Shown piece by piece: positions 9,664-19,520 of a stretch of DNA of 64,000 nt. The notes under the pieces were generated by a model, which was not told the origin of the DNA, did not search any database, and was given only the letters and a program-made list of their open reading frames with translations. Positions within the stretch are counted from its first letter, which is position 1; every line of letters begins with the position of its first letter. Both the position numbers and the translations under genes were made by a program. Source of the DNA: an uncultured virus (IMG/VR IMGVR_UViG_3300025450_000023) (Duplodnaviria; Heunggongvirae; Uroviricota; Caudoviricetes); IMG/VR virus record IMGVR_UViG_3300025450_000023. One strand, given 5' to 3'.

Positions 9664-12228
9664 GTGTATCGTAACATTTATTACAGTCAACGAGATAGTA
9701 TGTGTCATCTCTTTACGTGGGATGAGAATGGTAAGCGTGTAATCAAAAAAACACCTTATCAGCCTTATTTTTATGTAGAGACAAATGCTGAAACAGCTGA
9801 TGCTTTATCTATCTTTAATACTAAGTTAAAGAAAAAAGTATTTAAGAGTAACTTTGATCGTAATAAAGCTGCACAAGACGGCGCCATTAAACGTCTATAT
9901 CACAATATTCAGGTAGAGCAACAATTTCTTATTGAGCAGTTTAAAGACGAATACGAAAAACCTGAGTTTTCTGCTAACCCATTAAAGGTTTGCTTTCTTG
10001 ATATCGAAGTTTATTCACCGGATGAGTTCCCTGAAGCTAAGGATGCAAAGCATCCTATCAATCTGTTAACTATATATGATAACCTTTCTGAACACTTTTA
10101 TACCTGGGGTTGTAAGCCTTATACTCCGACTCGTGATAACGTTATATACACTCAATGCACAAGTGAATATAACCTTTTAGAAAAGTTTTTAGAGTTCTGG
10201 GAAAGCGGTTATTACCCTGATATACTATCAGGGTGGAATACAGACTTTTTCGACTTCCCTTATTTAATTAACCGTATTAATAACTTATTAGGAGAAGACG
10301 CAGCTAAGAGGTTATCCCCAGTAAAAAGTCTTTGGTGTCGTAAAGGTATCTTTGTTAAAGGTCAAGAGTTAGATCGTTGGTATATTCATGGTATATCTGC
10401 AATGGATTATCTCGAAGTGTACAGAGGTTTTGCTCGCGGTTTGTTAGAGTCGTATGCACTAAACTTTGTGGCACAACACGAATTAGGTGAAGGTAAATTA
10501 GCTATCAACGCTACCAACTTAGCTTCTCTATCTGAAAACGACTGGAATAACTTTGTAGATTATAATATTCAAGACGTTGACCTGTTAGTACGAATGGAAA
10601 AGAAACTGCAATTCTTTAAGATTATTCGTATGTTAGCTTACAAAGGACTAACCTCGTTTGAAGCAGCTTTAGGTAAAGTTTCTATTGTTACCGGGTGCGT
10701 TGCACTACAAGCATATAAACACGGTATGGTTATACCAACATTCGTTGAAGGACCTCTACGCGAGGAAATTCAGGGTGGTTTCGTAAGAGAACCAGAAAGA
10801 GGCCTACAAAAGTCTATAGTAAGTTATGACGCTAACTCACTATACCCTAATACCATTATTACCTTGAATATATCCCCGGAGACTAAGTTCGGTAAAATAG
10901 TTAGTAAGAGTGATACTGAAGTGGTTATTCGTTACGGTAATAACAAAGAGCAGCCACTATCGCATGAAAAGTTTATACAGTTTATGCAGGTTGAAAAACT
11001 TGCTCTATCTAAAGCAAATGTACTATACACGCAAAAGAAAAAAGGTGTGGTGCCTGCATTAATTGATGGGCTGTATAAAGAGCGTGTAACCAATAAAAAT
11101 CAGTACGTCGAATTTAAAAAGAAACTAAGTAAGTTAACTACAGATACAGATGAGTACAAAACGTGTAAGTTTAATATGGAACGAGCTGACACCATTCAGC
11201 ACGTTATCAAAATTCTTCTTAACTCCATTTACGGTGTTTTTGCTAATAAGTTTAGCCCTATTTGCGATAGTGATCACGCCGGTAGCATTACTCTTACTGG
11301 TCAGTCAGTGGTTAAGCAAGCAAGTGATATCATTGATCAATACGCTAAGGAAAGGTTTGGCTACACTGGTAAATCGTTAACTATATATAACGATACGGAT
11401 AGTACTCACGTTACTATTCAACCTTTATTAGATCAAATGAAGTTAAACATATTAACTGAAAACAAGGTTAATAAAGAAGGTTTAAAGTTCATTGATGACG
11501 AATTAGGTGTATATCTTAACGAACATATTAAACAATGGGCTAAAGATAAACTCAACTCAATAGACCCACGCTATTTCTTCAAACGTGAATCTATCTGTGA
11601 TGTAGGAGTATACCTTGAAAAGAAACGCTACATTATACATGTATTAAATGACGAAGGTGCAGATGTTAGTAAGTTTAAATATGTTGGTGTTGAAATTGCA
11701 CGTTCTACTACCCCTAAGAAAGCTAAAGAACTAATTAAAAAGGTTATTGAGAATAGCTTATTAGTACAAGATCAAAATAAAGCAAACACTATTTATAGAG
11801 ACGTTTATGATGGGTTTAAATCATTATCTATTGACGATGTAGCTATTAGAGGTGGTTTAAGTGATTTAGAAAAACATGAAGTACGTTCAGAAGGGTTTAA
11901 AATAGCTAAAGGTACACCTAATCATGTCAAAGGAGCTATTTGGTATAACATGCTATTAAAACATAGAGGGTTAGAAACAAAGTACGAACGCATTACTTCA
12001 GGTGGTAAGGTAAAGAAGATTTATATTGCGCCTAACAGGTATAATATTGATACTCTTTGCTACCCTGTTAGTTTTCCACCAGAATTAAACGATTTTCAAG
12101 TTGATTATGAAGAAATGTTCGATACAATTATAGTACCTCCAGTAAAAGCAGTTTATGAAGCTCTTAACTGGCAGTTACCACAAGTAAACAATCAAGCACA
12201 AACAGACTTATTTGACCTATTCACATGA
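9664..12228 (+). CDS. 43: family B DNA polymerase gp43
   Basis: ExoI DIE, GWN..FD.PY, DANSLYP, KILLNSIYG and YNDTDS; GTG start. Confidence 0.96.
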   Translation: MYRNIYYSQRDSMCHLFTWDENGKRVIKKTPYQPYFYVETNAETADALSIFNTKLKKKVFKSNFDRNKAAQDGAIKRLYHNIQVEQQFLIEQFKDEYEKPEFSANPLKVCFLDIEVYSPDEFPEAKDAKHPINLLTIYDNLSEHFYTWGCKPYTPTRDNVIYTQCTSEYNLLEKFLEFWESGYYPDILSGWNTDFFDFPYLINRINNLLGEDAAKRLSPVKSLWCRKGIFVKGQELDRWYIHGISAMDYLEVYRGFARGLLESYALNFVAQHELGEGKLAINATNLASLSENDWNNFVDYNIQDVDLLVRMEKKLQFFKIIRMLAYKGLTSFEAALGKVSIVTGCVALQAYKHGMVIPTFVEGPLREEIQGGFVREPERGLQKSIVSYDANSLYPNTIITLNISPETKFGKIVSKSDTEVVIRYGNNKEQPLSHEKFIQFMQVEKLALSKANVLYTQKKKGVVPALIDGLYKERVTNKNQYVEFKKKLSKLTTDTDEYKTCKFNMERADTIQHVIKILLNSIYGVFANKFSPICDSDHAGSITLTGQSVVKQASDIIDQYAKERFGYTGKSLTIYNDTDSTHVTIQPLLDQMKLNILTENKVNKEGLKFIDDELGVYLNEHIKQWAKDKLNSIDPRYFFKRESICDVGVYLEKKRYIIHVLNDEGADVSKFKYVGVEIARSTTPKKAKELIKKVIENSLLVQDQNKANTIYRDVYDGFKSLSIDDVAIRGGLSDLEKHEVRSEGFKIAKGTPNHVKGAIWYNMLLKHRGLETKYERITSGGKVKKIYIAPNRYNIDTLCYPVSFPPELNDFQVDYEEMFDTIIVPPVKAVYEALNWQLPQVNNQAQTDLFDLFT

Positions 12229-13031
12229 TTAAAATATCTCACGAATCTCCTTTAAGTATGCTCGAGATCTCTCGTACATACAACGATTACTGCTACGCTT
12301 TAGTGCACCTCTTCGAAACTCACCCAGAATATTACAAGTTCTTTGAAGATAGTGTTAAAATGGGTAGACATGTCTTATTAGATAATTCTATCTTTGAATT
12401 AGGTGAATCTTTTAATCCTAAACGCTATGCTTATTGGATTCAAAGACTTAACCCTACAGAGTATATCATACCAGACGTATTGGAGGATTGTAATGGTACA
12501 ATTGAGTCTGCTAAGAAATGCTTATGGAGAGAATGGGACTTTGTTAACGATTCTAAAACTATCGGCGTGGTACAAGGTAAAACTTATGCTGAATTAGTTA
12601 AATGTTATGTAACTTTAGATCAAGAAATTGATGTAGATAAGTTAGCTATTTCATTTGACTATTCTTATTATCTCAAACTATTTCCGCACCCTAACAAATG
12701 GGTATCTTATATGATGGGTAGAGTAATGACTCTTAATCAATTAATGAATGATGGTATTATTAATAAAGATAAAACTCATCATTTATTAGGCTGTGCACAC
12801 CCAAGAGAATTTAGTTTTTATCAAGGACCTGAATATAATTGGATTGAAACATTAGATACATCATCTCCTATTGTTCACGGTATTAAAAGAGTAAGATACT
12901 CTAATGCTATTGGTAACTGGAAAAAGGAGTCTACTAAGCTTGTAGATCTTTTAGATGTAATACCGGATGCAATGCAAGAAAAAATCATTGCAAATAATTT
13001 AATTGAGTTTAGAAACTACGTTAATGGATGA
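12225..13031 (+). CDS. dpdA: TGT-fold 7-deazaguanine transglycosylase, DpdA-like (probably DpdA3 type)
   Basis: LLDNS.FE, PDVL, GVVQG, HLLG and DTSSP TGT-like motifs; between gp43 and queF. Confidence 0.7.
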   Translation: MIKISHESPLSMLEISRTYNDYCYALVHLFETHPEYYKFFEDSVKMGRHVLLDNSIFELGESFNPKRYAYWIQRLNPTEYIIPDVLEDCNGTIESAKKCLWREWDFVNDSKTIGVVQGKTYAELVKCYVTLDQEIDVDKLAISFDYSYYLKLFPHPNKWVSYMMGRVMTLNQLMNDGIINKDKTHHLLGCAHPREFSFYQGPEYNWIETLDTSSPIVHGIKRVRYSNAIGNWKKESTKLVDLLDVIPDAMQEKIIANNLIEFRNYVNG

Positions 13032-13258
13032 CAACGTTAGAAGCTATAACTAATTCCGTCCATGCTAATTATCCCCACCTCCTGGCAAATAATATTTCTA
13101 TTAGGGATTATTGTTTTTGGGATTGTATTCGTAATTGTGAAATCCCTGTAAGAGAGTTAACCGAAGTTAAACCTTACCTAATAAAACACGGTATTATTGA
13201 CTTTACACTTGTAATTTTCTTTAGTGATAATACAATAGGTTATCGCTTAAAAATATGA
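13028..13258 (+). CDS. hypothetical protein
   Basis: 76 aa ORF with 4-nt overlaps to both neighbours. Confidence 0.55.
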   Translation: MTTLEAITNSVHANYPHLLANNISIRDYCFWDCIRNCEIPVRELTEVKPYLIKHGIIDFTLVIFFSDNTIGYRLKI

Positions 13259-13833
13259 AACGTACCCTAATATGGAAAACCTTTTTCTCTCAGAGCGGAT
13301 CTGAGATATACGAGATATCTAAAAATATTGGTAGGTTTCCGGATGCAATCATAACTAATAAAAGCTTCGAAGACATGGATAAGATTAATCCTGATCTCTT
13401 AGAAAAGTGTTTTGATCGTTTTATTTTCTTACCTAAGAAACCAACAGTAGAAGAATATAGAGAAGCTATAAGGAACGCTGATATAATTACCCTTCACGGC
13501 TATCTTCGTATATTACCGCCACAGATCTGCGGTAGGTTCAAGATATACAACGGACATCCAGGTCTTATAACTAAGTTTCCTGAACTAAAAGGTAAAGACC
13601 CACAAGCTAAAGTATGGTATAAACATTTTGAAAAACCTTATAAACTACACGGGCACGTTATTCACGAAGTTATACCAGAAGTAGATGCTGGTAGAGTGAT
13701 ATCCGAAAAAGAGTTCTTTAGTAACAATATCTATAACGAGTTTAACAGTTTAAACGAATATATTGGTAGACTACATAAATTAGCAATCGAAAATTGGGTT
13801 GGCTTTATGCGCAAAAGCCTATTAAATAAATAA
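13255..13833 (+). CDS. PurN-like formyltransferase, putative preQ1 formyltransferase (DpdN-like)
   Basis: LHGYLRIL, NGHPG and H.V.PEVDAG formyltransferase motifs; context of dpdA/queF. Confidence 0.8.
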   Translation: MKRTLIWKTFFSQSGSEIYEISKNIGRFPDAIITNKSFEDMDKINPDLLEKCFDRFIFLPKKPTVEEYREAIRNADIITLHGYLRILPPQICGRFKIYNGHPGLITKFPELKGKDPQAKVWYKHFEKPYKLHGHVIHEVIPEVDAGRVISEKEFFSNNIYNEFNSLNEYIGRLHKLAIENWVGFMRKSLLNK

Positions 13834-13836
13834 CTT

Positions 13837-14415
13837 ATGAGATCAAATTATAAAGCTGCAATCTGTGGTGCTCATTCACAAGGCAAAACTACTTTGGTTA
13901 AAGCTCTAAAAGAGAATGCTAATCTTACAAGTGATTATCATTTTAGTTTTAGAACTAATTTAACAAGAGGTTTAAAAGATCTTAATGTACCTATTAATGA
14001 AGGTGGTACCTCTTTAACTCAATATCTGGTAATGTCTCGTCATTTAGAGTATGGTTTAACTCCAGGTAACTGGATCTTAGATAGAGGTGCTTTAGATGGG
14101 ATTGCATATACAACTTATTTTTATGAAAAAGGACAAGTACATAAAGATGTTTATCAAGCTGCTTTAGTTGTATACGAAGAAATGTTAAGGACTTATGATA
14201 AGATTTTTTATGTTGTACCTGAACTTAGTATCAAAGAAGACGGAGAAAGAAGTACAGGTAAAGAGTTTTTTGATGGTGTTGTAAATCAATTTGATTTTTA
14301 TCTTAAACATCATTCAATGCCTGCTGATAAACTTGTTTATGTAATGGGATCATTAGAAGACAGAACTAAAATTGTAATTGATAATATAAAGAAAGATTTT
14401 ACCAATGAGTTATAA
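13837..14415 (+). CDS. P-loop nucleotide/nucleoside kinase-like protein
   Basis: GAHSQGKTT Walker A, LDRG.LD and EDGER lid. Confidence 0.75.
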   Translation: MRSNYKAAICGAHSQGKTTLVKALKENANLTSDYHFSFRTNLTRGLKDLNVPINEGGTSLTQYLVMSRHLEYGLTPGNWILDRGALDGIAYTTYFYEKGQVHKDVYQAALVVYEEMLRTYDKIFYVVPELSIKEDGERSTGKEFFDGVVNQFDFYLKHHSMPADKLVYVMGSLEDRTKIVIDNIKKDFTNEL

Positions 14416-15325
14416 TACTAATAATATTGACAAAGTACTTGGTCAGAGAGTTGATTCTCCTACCACCTACACGCCTGAGATTTTAGTGCGTGAAGAACGC
14501 CAACGTAATCGTACCTATTTAGGTTTACAGAACGATTCTTTACCATTCGTAGGTTACGATATTTGGAACGGTTATGAATGTAGTGCATTAACAGATAATG
14601 GTTTACCAGTTACATGCGTAGCTAAGGTAATTTATTCTGCTACTAATGATTTCATTGTTGAATCTAAATCAATGAAGCTTTACTGGAACTCATTTAACAT
14701 GCAAAAGATGGGTAAGAATACTAAAGAAGTACTTAAGAACATTAAGCAAACAGCTTCTAAGGACTTATCTCTATTATTAGAAACTGATGTTAAAGTAGAG
14801 CTATTTCCACAAATTATAGATATTACTACTGAAGAAGCGCGTAATGTTTGGCTCGGAGATTATAATCCGCAGTCATGGTTAGCTCTCGAAAAGATTAAAA
14901 GTGCTGAAAAGGTTAAATTTACAGTGTTTAACGAGAATGCTGATCTTTTAGTTGCAAACGACGCTGAAGTGTCTAAACCTCATTTCTATATGAGTACTTT
15001 ATTACGTTCTAACTGTAAGATTACTAAGCAGCCAGATTCTGGTGATATCTTTATTTATTATAAAGGTGATAAAGAAGTAACAGAACAATCCTTATTAGAG
15101 TGGATCGTATCATTCCGTAATGAATGTCATTTCCATGAAGAAATATGTGAAGCTGCTTATAAACGTTTATGGGACTTGTTACAACCAGAAGAGCTTATGG
15201 TGACTTGTTTCTATGCTCGTCGTGGTGGTTGGGATATTGTTCCTACTCGCGCATCAAATAAAAAATTACTTGATCAAAATCTTATCAACATAAAGTTCCC
15301 GTACTTTAAATTTCCTCGTCAATAA
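14405..15325 (+). CDS. queF: 7-cyano-7-deazaguanine reductase QueF (bimodular type)
   Basis: VESKSMKLY.NSF, SNC.IT.QPD, FHEE.CE and YARRGG. Confidence 0.93.
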   Translation: MSYNTNNIDKVLGQRVDSPTTYTPEILVREERQRNRTYLGLQNDSLPFVGYDIWNGYECSALTDNGLPVTCVAKVIYSATNDFIVESKSMKLYWNSFNMQKMGKNTKEVLKNIKQTASKDLSLLLETDVKVELFPQIIDITTEEARNVWLGDYNPQSWLALEKIKSAEKVKFTVFNENADLLVANDAEVSKPHFYMSTLLRSNCKITKQPDSGDIFIYYKGDKEVTEQSLLEWIVSFRNECHFHEEICEAAYKRLWDLLQPEELMVTCFYARRGGWDIVPTRASNKKLLDQNLINIKFPYFKFPRQ

Positions 15326-15361
15326 ACTTGATTATAATAAAAACTATATTAATATAACTAT

Positions 15362-15712
15362 ATGAACCCAGATCAAATCATTGTATTCCTTGATAACATA
15401 CAACGCACTATTGTTGCTACATACGTAAGCGATGATAAAAATAGTATCGTTGTTAGTAAACCTGCAATCTTGAATGTTACACCTTCTCAAGATAAAAAAC
15501 TACAAGTACAACTCTATCCTTTAATGTTTAGAGAATTTTTTGCAGATCGTGACGTATTCCCAACCTGGACATACAGTAAATCCCAGATCGTTTTAGCAGG
15601 TAATTTAAACCTTGAAGCAAATCTTACAGCACAGTATGTAGAGATGTTTAAGATTACTAAAAACGAACCTGCTCCAACTATTAAGCTATTTGACGCAGAC
15701 GATAATAGCTAA
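15362..15712 (+). CDS. hypothetical protein
   Basis: 116 aa ORF upstream of uvsX, preceded by a promoter-like sequence. Confidence 0.6.
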   Translation: MNPDQIIVFLDNIQRTIVATYVSDDKNSIVVSKPAILNVTPSQDKKLQVQLYPLMFREFFADRDVFPTWTYSKSQIVLAGNLNLEANLTAQYVEMFKITKNEPAPTIKLFDADDNS

Positions 15713-15720
15713 TACAAAAT

Positions 15721-16872
15721 ATGGCACGTAAACAAACAACTGCGGAGTCTAAGACTACTGAAACTAAGGCTTCGTCATTAAAAGACATTTTTGAGGCGGT
15801 CGATGCATTGAATACAGATGCATCGATGCTCTCTGAAGATAATTCTTTATCTATTGTAGGTGACTGGATTGATACCGGCTCTTATGCACTTAATGCTATC
15901 TTTTCTGGATCTCTTTACAAGGGTATTCCTGTTGGTAGGGTTACTGGTTTTTCCGGTCCTTCCGGAGCGGGTAAGACGCTTATTGTTAATAAGATCATTG
16001 CGAACGCTCAAAAGAAAGGCTACTTTGCTGCAGTATGGGATACAGAAGCAGCAGTAGATAGGCAATCTGCTGAAGGCGTTGGTGTTGATCCTAAGCGCTT
16101 AAAGTACTATCCAGTAGAAACAGTAGAAGATTGTCGTAACCAAATCGCTACATTCTTAGACAAGATTATTGCAGCTAATGACCCTAACTTAAAGGTTATT
16201 ATTGCTATTGATAGTCTCGGTAACTTAGCAAGTGCTAAAGAGCTTCGTGACGTTACAGAAGGTAAGGATGCAGCAGATATGGGTACTAAGGCTAAAGCAA
16301 TGAAGTCTATGATGCGTGCTTTAACCTTTAAGGCAGCTAAAGCTCGTGTGCCTATTCTGTTTACTAATCACATTTATGACAACCCTACTTCACTCTATCC
16401 TGAATTGGTTAAGCGCCAATCCGGTGGCTCTGGCCCTATTTATCTTGCTTCTTTGTTGGTTCAGCTTGCGACTCGAAACGAAAAGATTGACAAAAACGAA
16501 GGAGAAGAAGCAATAGCAGTAGCTCACAACGTAAGCGGTGTTACTCTGTCAGCAATGACAGTAAAGAACCGTTTTGCACCTCCTTTCTTAAAAGCTGAGC
16601 TTTATAACAACTTCCGTACCGGGTTAAGTCGTTATGCAGGTTTAGCTGACATGGCTATTGCGTTTGGAGTAATTCAGCAAACTGGTTCTACGTTTCAGTT
16701 CAATGGAGAAAAGATCGGTTATAGAAAGACTTGGGAAAATGACACTGAGTTTTGGGATACTAAAGTTATACCTCTATTAGAAGAGACCTTAAAAGAAAAG
16801 GTTCGATATGGTGGGGCTCTCGATCAGATACCTGATTCAGAGCCGGTAGAAAAAACTGAATCATCAGAATAA
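15721..16872 (+). CDS. uvsX: RecA-like recombinase UvsX
   Basis: GPSGAGKT, DTE, IDSLGNL, FTNH.Y and KNRF. Confidence 0.93.
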   Translation: MARKQTTAESKTTETKASSLKDIFEAVDALNTDASMLSEDNSLSIVGDWIDTGSYALNAIFSGSLYKGIPVGRVTGFSGPSGAGKTLIVNKIIANAQKKGYFAAVWDTEAAVDRQSAEGVGVDPKRLKYYPVETVEDCRNQIATFLDKIIAANDPNLKVIIAIDSLGNLASAKELRDVTEGKDAADMGTKAKAMKSMMRALTFKAAKARVPILFTNHIYDNPTSLYPELVKRQSGGSGPIYLASLLVQLATRNEKIDKNEGEEAIAVAHNVSGVTLSAMTVKNRFAPPFLKAELYNNFRTGLSRYAGLADMAIAFGVIQQTGSTFQFNGEKIGYRKTWENDTEFWDTKVIPLLEETLKEKVRYGGALDQIPDSEPVEKTESSE

Positions 16873-16874
16873 AC

Positions 16875-16905
16875 AAAAAAGCTAAGGGAAACCTTAGCTT
16901 TTTTT
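16875..16905 (+). terminator. intrinsic terminator (bidirectional shape)
   Basis: A6-GCTAAGG-GAAA-CCTTAGC-T7. Confidence 0.85.
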
Positions 16906-16928
16906 ATTTTATATATTATAATAATAAA

Positions 16929-18272
16929 GTGAAGAATAAACTTCAAGTAAACGCAGAATATTTTGAAAACATTGTTGCACATCAATGTTTATTTAACTCT
17001 TACTATGTATCTTTAGTATTAGACCATTTATCACCGGAGAACTTTAAAAACGCTGGTAATAAACTTGTAGTGAGTATTGTCAAAGACTTTTACAATAAGC
17101 GTAAAGCACTACCTACTATTACCGAGATTAAAACCTATCTCAGTAAAGAAGAAGATCTAAAACTATTTAAAGATACAGTTACTACCTACAAGCAATATGA
17201 TACCACTCTTAATATGGATGAGCTTATTGCTAATACTGAGACGTTTTTTAAAGAAAAGAACGTTTATAATACGGTACTGAAGATAGTAGATGATGTAACG
17301 AATGATAAAGCTGATTATGGTAAGTTCTTAAAGATGTTTGAAAAGGCGTGTAATGTAACGCTTATTAACGACATTGGTTTAGATTTTTACGGTCAATATC
17401 AAAAAATTATTGATGAGCTTGGTACGCCTAATGAAACTATACCTACAGGTTGGAACTTCATCGACGATAAAATTGGTGGTGGTTTAGCTAAAAGAGGTAG
17501 AGCTCTTTATCTATTCCTGGGACCAACTAATATTGGTAAATCTATCTTTTTAGGTAATATAGCTTCTAATATGGCAGAACGTGGTTTAACTACCGTTCTT
17601 ATTTCATTAGAAATGCCTGAAATGATGTATGCTAAACGCATTAGTTCACATCTATCAAAAATACCTATTAAAGATATCCAGCAACAGATAAAACCATTAG
17701 AAACATATTTTCAAGAAGTATCAGTACAACGTAAGCAAAAGCTTATCATTAAGGAGTTCCCACCGAAATCCATTACTATAGGTGGTATTAGAGCCTATCT
17801 TGAGTCTTTAGTAAAGACCGGGATAAAACCGGATATACTCGTTATAGACTATCTTGGACTGATAAAGGCGAGTAGCGGTGATAACTCTTATGAACAAGGT
17901 AAAAATACTGCAGAAGAATTAAGAGCTCTTTCATATTTCTTTAGTATTCCTATAGTAAGTGCAATTCAAACTAACCGTGAAGGTATGGAGAAACCAAGTC
18001 TGGATACCGTAAGCGAATCTTTAGGTGTAGCGTTTACAGCAGACGTTGTTTGGTCTATTCATCAAGATGAAGGTGATCAGGATTTAGGCATTATAAAAGT
18101 AGGTGGTATTAAAAATCGTGTAGGACCTAAACACGGAGCAACAGCTATGAGAATAGATTATAATACTCTTTCGCTTTCTGAAGAAAAAGACTATATAGGA
18201 CTTGCCAATAATAACAGCGATTCTGATGTTATGTCAAGCTTGGAAAGAAAGCTTGAAAATATGGCCAAGTAA
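16929..18272 (+). CDS. 41: replicative helicase gp41 (DnaB-like)
   Basis: GPTNIGKS, SLEM, IKEFP, IDYL, QTNR and SES. Confidence 0.92.
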   Translation: MKNKLQVNAEYFENIVAHQCLFNSYYVSLVLDHLSPENFKNAGNKLVVSIVKDFYNKRKALPTITEIKTYLSKEEDLKLFKDTVTTYKQYDTTLNMDELIANTETFFKEKNVYNTVLKIVDDVTNDKADYGKFLKMFEKACNVTLINDIGLDFYGQYQKIIDELGTPNETIPTGWNFIDDKIGGGLAKRGRALYLFLGPTNIGKSIFLGNIASNMAERGLTTVLISLEMPEMMYAKRISSHLSKIPIKDIQQQIKPLETYFQEVSVQRKQKLIIKEFPPKSITIGGIRAYLESLVKTGIKPDILVIDYLGLIKASSGDNSYEQGKNTAEELRALSYFFSIPIVSAIQTNREGMEKPSLDTVSESLGVAFTADVVWSIHQDEGDQDLGIIKVGGIKNRVGPKHGATAMRIDYNTLSLSEEKDYIGLANNNSDSDVMSSLERKLENMAK

Positions 18273-18286
18273 GTTAAATAAGTCTT

Positions 18287-19219
18287 ATGAGTGCCAAGAA
18301 CATATACATTTTTACAGACATCGATTTAGATGGCTCCGTGAGTTTATTGGCACTACATTGGGGTCTTAATGCAAATATTGGCGACCTAAAATACAAAGCT
18401 ACCACAGTCAGTAATTTAAGAAGAGAAATATTACGGTGGTTAGAAGAAGATAATTTCAGTAACTACGATAAAGTTTACTTTTTAGATCTTGATACAAGTA
18501 ATTGTGCAGATCTTATTGACAAAGCTAATGTAGAGATTATTGACCATCATCTAACGCACGTAAACGCAAAAGATGTTTATAAGAACGCGACTGTTAATGT
18601 GGTTGAAGAAACTTCTTGTGCTAAAAAACTATATAAATATCTTAAGACAAGTTACCCTGGTTTTGAAAAGAAACTTTCTACAGAGCAAAAGCTTTTAATT
18701 GCGTTAGCGGATGATTACGACAGCTATCAATTTAAAATAAACGAATCTTATAATTTAAATTGCTTATTAACCAACACACAAAAAACCTTAGACAAAACCC
18801 GTACTGATAAATTTGTTGAACGTTTTTATAACGGTTTTAGTGGTTTTAATAAACAAGAGCTTAATATCATTAAAGAATATATTAATGGTAGAGATAACAC
18901 TATAAAGAACTTACAGGTGTTTTCAGGTAACGTGAATATTAGTAAGCAAAATGTTAAGGTTACAGGTACAACCGGTACAAAGTATGTTAATGATATTTGC
19001 GACCATTTAATTAAAGAATATGATTCAGATATTGTATTTTTCGTTAATACTAATAACTCACATGTATCTTTTAGAAAGAAAAAAGAATGTAGTATAGATA
19101 TGTCAAAGCTTGCTATTAAGCTATGCGAAGGTGGTGGTCACGAGTATGCCGCTGGTGGTAAAATTACAGATACATTTATGGAATTTGTTAAACAATTAAC
19201 CCCAGTGGAGAATCAATAA
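18287..19219 (+). CDS. DHH/DHHA1 phosphoesterase
   Basis: DIDLDG, LDL, IDHH and GGGHEYAAG. Confidence 0.85.
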   Translation: MSAKNIYIFTDIDLDGSVSLLALHWGLNANIGDLKYKATTVSNLRREILRWLEEDNFSNYDKVYFLDLDTSNCADLIDKANVEIIDHHLTHVNAKDVYKNATVNVVEETSCAKKLYKYLKTSYPGFEKKLSTEQKLLIALADDYDSYQFKINESYNLNCLLTNTQKTLDKTRTDKFVERFYNGFSGFNKQELNIIKEYINGRDNTIKNLQVFSGNVNISKQNVKVTGTTGTKYVNDICDHLIKEYDSDIVFFVNTNNSHVSFRKKKECSIDMSKLAIKLCEGGGHEYAAGGKITDTFMEFVKQLTPVENQ

Positions 19220-19515
19220 TGTCTGGAGTAATTGGTGCATTAGAATCCGCAGTTTTAGAAAACCCACTTGACTCTTTAATTGAAGAAGAGGTAGAAGCAG
19301 AGCTAATTAAGTTTAGCTCGTTTTGTTCCATTATACACAATAAAAAACTTAACAATGTGGCTGTGTTTTCATTGATTGTTAAGAACAAAATATACAAAAA
19401 AGTTTACATGCGGATGTTACAGGTTGACAACGAGAAAGAAGCTATTTTAATATTTTTAAAGTATAATTCTAACCTTTGCCGTAGCAAAGTTGTGAGAGAG
19501 GTACTACAATCGTAG
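19219..19515 (+). CDS. hypothetical protein
   Basis: ORF translationally coupled to the DHH gene. Confidence 0.55.
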   Translation: MSGVIGALESAVLENPLDSLIEEEVEAELIKFSSFCSIIHNKKLNNVAVFSLIVKNKIYKKVYMRMLQVDNEKEAILIFLKYNSNLCRSKVVREVLQS

Positions 19516-19520
19516 TACTA

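Noticed and set aside
13255..13833. Plain purN auxiliary metabolic gene call
   Set aside because: No other purine-biosynthesis genes in the window; coupling to dpdA/queF favours a base-modifying role
9664..18272. Inteins or introns in gp43, uvsX, gp41
   Set aside because: Lengths are normal and no splicing or homing-endonuclease motifs were seen
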